The notes beneath the pieces were generated by a model. The model did not search any database, was not told the DNA's origin, and worked only from the letters and a program-made list of their open reading frames with translations. 64,000 nt of DNA from Bugula neritina (taxonomy: Eukaryota > Animalia > Bryozoa). The stretch is from the NCBI GenBank assembly GCA_964035545.1, contig OZ037765.1, forward strand, positions 27,961,504 to 28,025,503, given 5' to 3'. Shown here piece after piece: positions 56,801-64,000 of this stretch (positions within the stretch are counted from its first letter, which is position 1; the number at the start of each line of letters is the position of its first letter). Both the position numbers and the translations under genes were made by a program.

Positions 56801-59800
56801 TTACAACATTAAGTGTGATACCAAACGTAGTCTAAAAAATGGAGAAAATACTACGCAACTATTGCCTTTAATTTATTAGTGTAAACTATTTCATTTTATA
56901 CAAAACTATGGTTGAAGGCATTTCAAGAAACATTGCAAATTGCCAACACATTATTGATTTAGCAATAGTTTTGTTGATATATATATACTTGATAAAAATA
57001 AACTATGTGCTTCAATTAATTTTATACACTTAGGCAACAAGCTAATAAAAAAGAACTTGCAAAGGTATAGATTTCCAATGACAATGTGTTTATGTGAACC
57101 GGTGATGCTACAAGATACCTGTTCCCGGCCGCAAAGCTCATCTATACAGATCATCATTGATTGTCTGTGGAAGTCGTCGTCCATGCCTAGTTTCTACAAG
57201 GTTGGAAAACTATGATGAATTAAATTGAATGAGTATAAAGTAACAGGCCTGCTGTGAATACTAGAATAGAGGCTACAACTTTACATAAAGTTCTATGTAA
57301 ACTTGAAACATTTTTAGTGTAAAACTTTAATTTTGAAATAGTTTTGATTCAACTGGAGGTGAAGTATTGAAAGAGAAAAGTATTTGTTGAAACTCACCAA
57401 TAATCCATCATCGGTCAGGCTGACCAACGTTTGCCCGTCTACTTTTTGGCGTTTGAAAGATTCCACATAATTGCACATGTTTACAACAGCCATCCATTCT
57501 ATGACATGCTTATTGGACCACTCTTTTACCGGCTGCAAAAGAAAACCCGAACCCACATACAAAAGTGTCTCCGAAGTTTCGAGATGTTTTGGTAATACGG
57601 ACATAATTTTAGGTCCTAAATACATACCTGCATAGTCTGTGCTCAAAAGTAAATTTTTACATTTTCTAAATATTATAAGGAGTAAAACTGAAGGCAAATG
57701 TATAATAAGAAACATAAACTAAACAGAAACCAGTGAACTTGATGTAAGATAATTAACACTTGAGGAATAACAGGGCCAGTGTGGCCCTTTAAACTCAAAA
57801 GGCATGACTAATAACAATCGCAGATACACCTGGTAATTGGCTGTGGCTGCATGCTTCAATGAGTTACTTTTTAGTGCTATCAGTTTATTATAGACAAAAA
57901 ACAAAGTAATAAAATTCTAGCCTGTGGCTGGATTTAGTCTGCATGCAGTCTGACACAAGTACACAACTTTTAGCAGCTTATTCACACGCTGACTTATTCA
58001 CTGCTGACAGACAGTTGTGACAGCAGCAAATATGTCTGCTTCACTTCATTGATAAAACCTAACATGGAGCAATTATTTCATGTCTAGCCAGACCAAAAGG
58101 CGTGTTATATTGACCCAGTAAGCAAGCACCCTGTAGTCATGGTGACCATTACTCTTCAAGTAGCAATTTCAAAAACAGGCAAAATGAAGTGCATTAAGAT
58201 GTTGGATGTACACTGGAAATGAAACAAAGACCAACCAGTTTACTACTGATGCTACGCAGACTTCTACAAGAATATACTCATGGAAATAACCAGGCGGGAT
58301 TAAGAACTTAATATAATAAATAGTACACCTGCAGCTAAATCAGTGTTAATTTGCCTTATAGACATGTTACACTGTATACACTTATTAGTTTAGCATAATT
58401 TATTAATTAAAATAGGATTTTTAATAACATAGAATTAAAAACTTTTGGAGTACTAGACTATTTACTCACTATAATAACCATAAAACTCTACTCATATAAC
58501 CACAATGTTGAGATCCAAAACAATGAACTGACTGAAAAACTGGGGTTACGAAGGACTAACAGTTTAAGATGACATGAAATTAATTGGAAAATAATATAAT
58601 TCCTAATTACTTTCAATAATGTGAAATTATTTTCCTGAGCTTTACATTAGTTAGCATAGATATAACACAACTGCAATATAAATTTTGTAAGCATTGTGAA
58701 GTGGCGAAAACAATTGGAAATGGCCGTGTTACATTTTTTTTATATTAATTTTGACATTTGTTATCTGATTTTCATTAAATATTTGGTAATGAGACTAGTT
58801 AGTTTACTTTTATGAAGACTTTCAAGAGAATTTGCACCGTTACCTGAGAAGAAGGTGCCAGATCTACAGGGAGCTTTTTAGTTTTGGCATCGCAAGGAGT
58901 TCCAGATTTCTGCACTATTTCAGCACAGGACTGATGGAAACAGGCGGAGCAAGCTGTGGAAACAGCAACACATTAGTAAACGGGTATTAATGTGAAAATT
59001 GTGTTTTCCGAGAATGCTGAACAATATATACATATATACACGATATATACATACAAATAAGTTCACATGATCAAACCTATTACTACCTATATGCATATTA
59101 ATTACTACTAGAGGCATTTACACGATTACTATAATATATTTATAAAAATATGTGCACCTTCAAAAAATTATATATATTGATAAAATTATTTGATATAAAG
59201 TAGCAATAGCAAAGGTGCAGTGAGACAGACAAAAGAGAGGCTGGAAGAATACCTTCACACTTCATAGCAGGAGTGTCAAATCCCCAGATATAATCTTGGC
59301 CTACAACAATACACCAGTATACACAGCTATAACCTTCAGATGCAGTGCAGAGTATATGCACACTTCCCACATGATTAGCATTGTAGTCACTGCTAACTAT
59401 AACATTGTAGTGTTATAGTATAATAATATGCTAGTGAGTACATCTTTGTTAATTAAGTAAACAGTATAATGCCAATTAGGTAGACTCAGAACTGGCAGAG
59501 TCTATAAAGTGAGTTTGAATGCCATCATTACGCTACGCAAGTATACTTATATCTGATTAAAGGAAATAATTAAATATGTTCTAAAAGAGACTGTAAAGAG
59601 TCCAGTTATTAAAAGAAAAACGTCAAATTTCAAGTGACTTCATTTTTCAGAGCTGACAAGCAGATGGAAAAAGATATAATAACTTAAATATTGAAATTTT
59701 TAATCACTGAGAGATTAATAGAAAACGTTAACTGTTATTAAAATTCCTGGCAGACTGGATAACATTAATTTGATTTTATCCACTTGACATGAAGGTTTTC

Positions 59801-62761
59801 AGGATTTCTAGAGATGATTGATTGAGGGCAATGAGACAGCAGTGCTAATGAAACAGATTAGACTACTTCAATTTCGTATACTGGCAGAGATCAAAGGTTG
59901 GCCTCTACAAACTAAGAGTCAGTAGACCAACAGTCAGTAGATATGTTATCTCTCTGAGACCTGAATTTTCAGCTCTGAAAACTATTTTAGATTAGTGAAT
60001 ATAAAATATCTATAAAATTCCATTTTGTGAATTAAGCTTGTTCCACCAGTTTAGAAGTTCACATGGAGTTGTGACATGTAACTGTAATTGTTCAAAAATA
60101 TTTTCATAGAACAAATTGAAGTTGAAGTCATACCAAATGAAAAAAGATCAAAATAATATTCCTTAATCTTAAAAGGAGCACAAAATCAAGATTTAACTGT
60201 CAGGATTAGTATTTTGGTTGAGTTTTATATATTGTCAACTTCTCTCAACACTACTATTAATACTATGCACCTATATTGTAAAATTTATCAACAGATGATA
60301 AATTAATTTCTAATTTTATCCTACCTGCTTATTAAAATTGACCAAATCTGGCATTCAAAACAAAACATAATATTATTCTAATTCCTCAATACCGTTGGCA
60401 TGATATAAACTATTTTCAATACTATGAAACAAAAATACAAGTTGCATTATTTTATAAACATATACTTACATAAATTGCATAATATTGCAGGTTTTGCAAA
60501 GTATGCAGTAACAAGTCTGTGGGGTCTGGGAGCCACTGAAATAAAACGACACCAGAGATGATAACATTGAAACCAGAACAGTGTTTGCAATTGTACATTT
60601 TTAATAAAAGTGAGTGAAAAAGTATTGCGGAGGTAATTTAGTGTTTGTCACTGATTTAAAAATGTTTCCTTTATTTTTAGTTAGAATTCGGCAGATAATT
60701 TTGCATGGTATACTAGCAGTTTCAACAAAATATTTTATAGCATAGCTACACAAAAAATGGCATAAACAGACTGATCTGGCATGTGATACTTGTTACTACA
60801 ATTATAAATACAATTCGTAGATCAATATGATTAAAATAATTTCATCTGGTCTATCATCAAGATAAATGTTATATAATATTCACTCGAATAATATTGATTT
60901 TGCCAAATGGTTTTTGTGTTTACAATGCATTCCATAGTAAGTGTATCAACCACAGGTTTATTTCAAACTATATTAATATACAAGAAATTGACTTATAAAT
61001 ATATAATAGTAATAATATGGTGTCATATTGATATTCATACTGTTGATAGCAAAACATGAGCAATGTGTTAGAAGAAACAAACCTGCTGGTAGAAACTGAA
61101 AGATAAATATTATAGAATTGTCTACAAGAAACTAATTAATCATTGGTTGATAAAAATAAATTTAGCTTAGCAGAATAAATTCCACAGCACAGTAAGCTAC
61201 CAGCTACTTTGCGTGTAGCATAGCATTTGAACGACCACCATTACAACAGGCAGACGGATAATAAACTATGCACGCTTTTGATTGGCTAGCTACTAGTTAT
61301 GACTAGTTTCCATCTGACCGACTGGGTGTGAGTCAGTTCATAGTGAAGAATATGCTGCATAGGCAAATACAAGACACTAGTAATACTATTGGTAAACTAT
61401 ATAATTTACACATAATACACAAGTGAACTTTTAATACCCAGCAACAATAAAGTTCGTTCTAATACAGAAATGAGTGAATACAAAGCAACATTACAAAACT
61501 TGTTTATAATGATGAATGGGGTCAAGAGTTGTCTCAAAGGATGGGGAGATAACTCCTTGACTTTGACAGCCTGAAAATTAACAATTCATCAACCAAGGAA
61601 GTTATTGCACAGATCTGTTAGAGCTATGAATGTGAAGTCAAAATGCTTTAAACCAACAGAGATGTAAATGTAACCAGAGATAACAACAGACCCCAGTTCA
61701 AAAATCAATATACTATATTTAGGTTCTTGACAGTTTTCCAGGTTATAATTAGTAAAAATTCTGAAGTGTGCAAAATTATTTAGTTTAGTCTAGTTTCACA
61801 ATATAGATGCAAAATGTTGATTAAAACATATAAACTATAATAAATATATGCCCAATATAAAAGCACATACAATCTTATATGTATATACTTAGTATGTGCA
61901 CTAAATGTGTAGGATTAATGAAGTAATGGAAGAGAATAATTAGGGTAGGCTAAATTTACTAAGTGAAATGGTGGAATTGATTGCTCTGAAATATTTGAAA
62001 TAGCAGTTAATCTAATGTGTTTTCACATTTTTCATATTAAAAAATTCAACACAATTGGATTTATAATCCACTTTAGATACCTTCTAATGCCAGCTTTTTG
62101 TTGAATAAAATTTTGTTACAGGAAATCTAGAGCTTTTACTCACTTCTATTGCTGGACTATCTAATAATCTAATAACCTACTTGCTTAGAGCTGTAGAAAA
62201 TGAAAAGGGCTAACAAGATTTAAATTATTTCAAATATATTTTCATTTAATAGAAATTCTATATTCACAGACTAACAAAACTTCCGATACACGTACTAGCA
62301 TGCAAAACATTTCTCCACCAGCAGCTAAATATTTCCAGCCCCATTTTTTGCCCATTCCAAATATATACCAGCAAGACCAAAGCCTTTCTACAAGCTTTTT
62401 AAATCACAATTAATGAGACTGAATTTCGTCTTACCTTCAATGAATCTGAGAAAATTGCCAGGCACATATCCTGTTATACTGGTAGAGCGGTTAAATCCTA
62501 TGAGCCATACTTTGGGGTTTTTAAAATCCACAGAGGATGGCAGTGACGAAACTGGCACTTCCACGACATCACCTAAAATCATAGATGACGAAAAAGATTT
62601 GAAAAAATTAAATATGCAACAAGCTCTAAAACCGCATTTCATATTTGAAGAAGGTTTGTGTGTAATTTACCTTCTGAAATAGGATTTGGATCAAACCCCT
62701 CAGTATCATCAGGTCCCTCAAAGTCACAAACAACTTTGTATACATAAATTTCACCAGCCAT
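47808..62761 (-). CDS. Long class IA PI3K regulatory subunit, p85/PIK3R family (SH3-C1-SAM-C1-RhoGAP-nSH2-iSH2-cSH2; 22 exons)
   Basis: Exons 62761-62671, 62572-62435, 60535-60470, 59300-59253, 58953-58844, 57532-57398, 57193-57119, 56780-56630, 55197-55099, 54999-54886, 54688-54608, 53542-53411, 52598-52397, 51526-51447, 51297-51228, 51115-51014, 50857-50680, 50412-50168, 49900-49724, 49218-49093, 48526-48332, 48000-47808; all GT-AG and phase-compatible. SH3 [19 protein letters not shown]; [16 protein letters not shown]; [17 protein letters not shown]; SH2 [18 protein letters not shown] and GTFLIRP. Confidence 0.92.
51925..52391. repeat. 22-bp minisatellite (GTAGTATATGGTAGAACCACTG)n
   Basis: About 21 units starting about 5 nt after a p85 donor; explains the ORFs at 51798-52352. 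Confidence 0.95.
52888..53118. repeat. 16-bp minisatellite (ATACCGTATACTAACT)n
   Basis: About 14 tandem units, intronic. Confidence 0.9.
55268..55368. repeat. 15-bp minisatellite (ATATGACTGGTTACT)n
   Basis: About 6-7 tandem units, intronic. Confidence 0.88.
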
Positions 62762-62882
62762 GTGACTTGCTCATTACTTCATGCATGAAGTAAAATAAAA
62801 CTGTAGAATTTCAGAGGAGATCCATAGAAATGAGTGACACTAAAAAATACGAAAAAAATAGAAAAGCCTGACAACAGACCAA

Positions 62883-63529
62883 GTAAAACTCAGCCAATCA
62901 GGGGTGCGTACCACTCTCTAAAATCTCACCATTATAACTTTCATCAATTTCTGCAAGTTCAAGTGTGAAATGCATGTGTTCAAAAATTTGTTGTGCAACT
63001 TTTATTGCATGCATTATTTTATTTCATATCTTAAACTGATAAGTCTTGTGTTCATTTTTCAAAATGTTTGAATCAAGTGTTCAAAAGACTCAATTAAAAA
63101 TTGCATGTCTCCAAAAATACCCTGGCACAGTTTACCACAGTCCCAGCTGTTGCTGCATAACATAAAGATTATTCTTTTATTGACATAGTTGTGAGTGAGT
63201 TGATTGTTTTGACAGTTGGGTAATAGTGAAACACTAAAGTTGTGCACAACTCAGATGGGCAGGATTTTACCTGACCAGTTGATGCTTGTACCAGGGTGTT
63301 TTTGCAGATATGTTACTAGTTGCATCTTTTAAACACTTAATACAAAAATTTTGAAAAATTAACTCAAAACTCATGAATTTAAGATATGAAATAAAATAAT
63401 GCATGCAATAAAAGTTGCACAACTAATTTTCGAAAGAATTCACTTTGTACTTGAATTTGCAGAATTTTATATAAGTTGCTATGGTGAGATTTTAGAGATG
63501 GTACAAACCCTTGATTGGCTGAGTTTTAC
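62883..63529. mobile_element. Foldback/MITE with inverted arms of about 180 bp upstream of the p85 ATG
   Basis: Left arm GTAAAACTCAGCCAATCA..TTGTGCAACTTTTATTGCATGCATTATTTTATTTCATATCTTAAA is mirrored at about 63350-63529; no clear TSD. Confidence 0.8.
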
Positions 63530-64000
63530 ATGCTCTTACTAAACTGATAACTCTTTCACAGGTAAAAATTTCATTTATATATTTGAATTTAAAAACCATC
63601 TTAGAATATTGATATTTAAAAATAGTAAAGACTCTATGCTGAAGTTCATATTGTTGTGTGCCCACTTATAATGCAATTAGTAAACTCTTGGCAATTTTTA
63701 GCACATTATTACATACTTTAGTTATCACAATCATTTCATTTAAATTATCTTGTGGTTCCAAATAAACATAAGGACTTCCTCCATACTCACTACCTACAAC
63801 TTAAATTTTGTTGCCTATGTTCAACCACAATCATCATCATACATCAACACATAAAATAGGTTGAATAAACTTAACATCATTCCAAAAATTGGAATTAAAT
63901 TTAATTTCAATTTTTGTGAAATAACTATTAAGTCACCAAACAGAATTTTATATGTGCTAAAAATGCTATCAATGTTCTTCATATCCAGTTGTTGCAAACT

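Noticed and set aside
61490-61570. Possible extra p85 exon after SH3
   Set aside because: Good acceptor but no phase-compatible donor before a stop; flanking exons join directly.

Overview
AT-rich, intron-rich animal (invertebrate) genomic DNA; no prokaryotic features. I assembled genes by hand from splice sites. In order: LMF1 (- strand, 8 exons found, 3' end not found in the window); TGS1 (+, 16 exons), head-to-head with LMF1, carrying a U12 AT-AC intron and, in intron 1, a full-length 7.5-kb Ty3/Gypsy LTR retrotransposon (307-bp LTRs identical by eye, ATAT TSD, tRNA-Leu PBS, -1 frameshift signal, disabled pol); a divergent Hmx/NK5 homeobox gene (-); an old tandem duplication of 3-4 kb holding a 4-exon gene for a small secreted 8-Cys EMI-like protein (not assembled by the ORF track) plus its internally deleted twin; a short nSH2-iSH2-cSH2 PI3K adaptor gene; a Kolobok-type DNA transposon nested in a Harbinger-type MITE; and a 22-exon p85-type gene with SH3-C1-SAM-C1-RhoGAP-SH2-iSH2-SH2 architecture. 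Best candidates for undescribed biology: (1) a third ORF in the env position of the Gypsy element encoding a C2H2 zinc-finger / RS-rich / coiled-coil protein with no ATG of its own, which could be fed in phase by a spliced 14-codon leader upstream of gag; (2) the hidden secreted EMI-like gene; (3) a p50/p55-like PI3K adaptor born by partial tandem duplication. All family assignments rest on motif recognition, not database searches.
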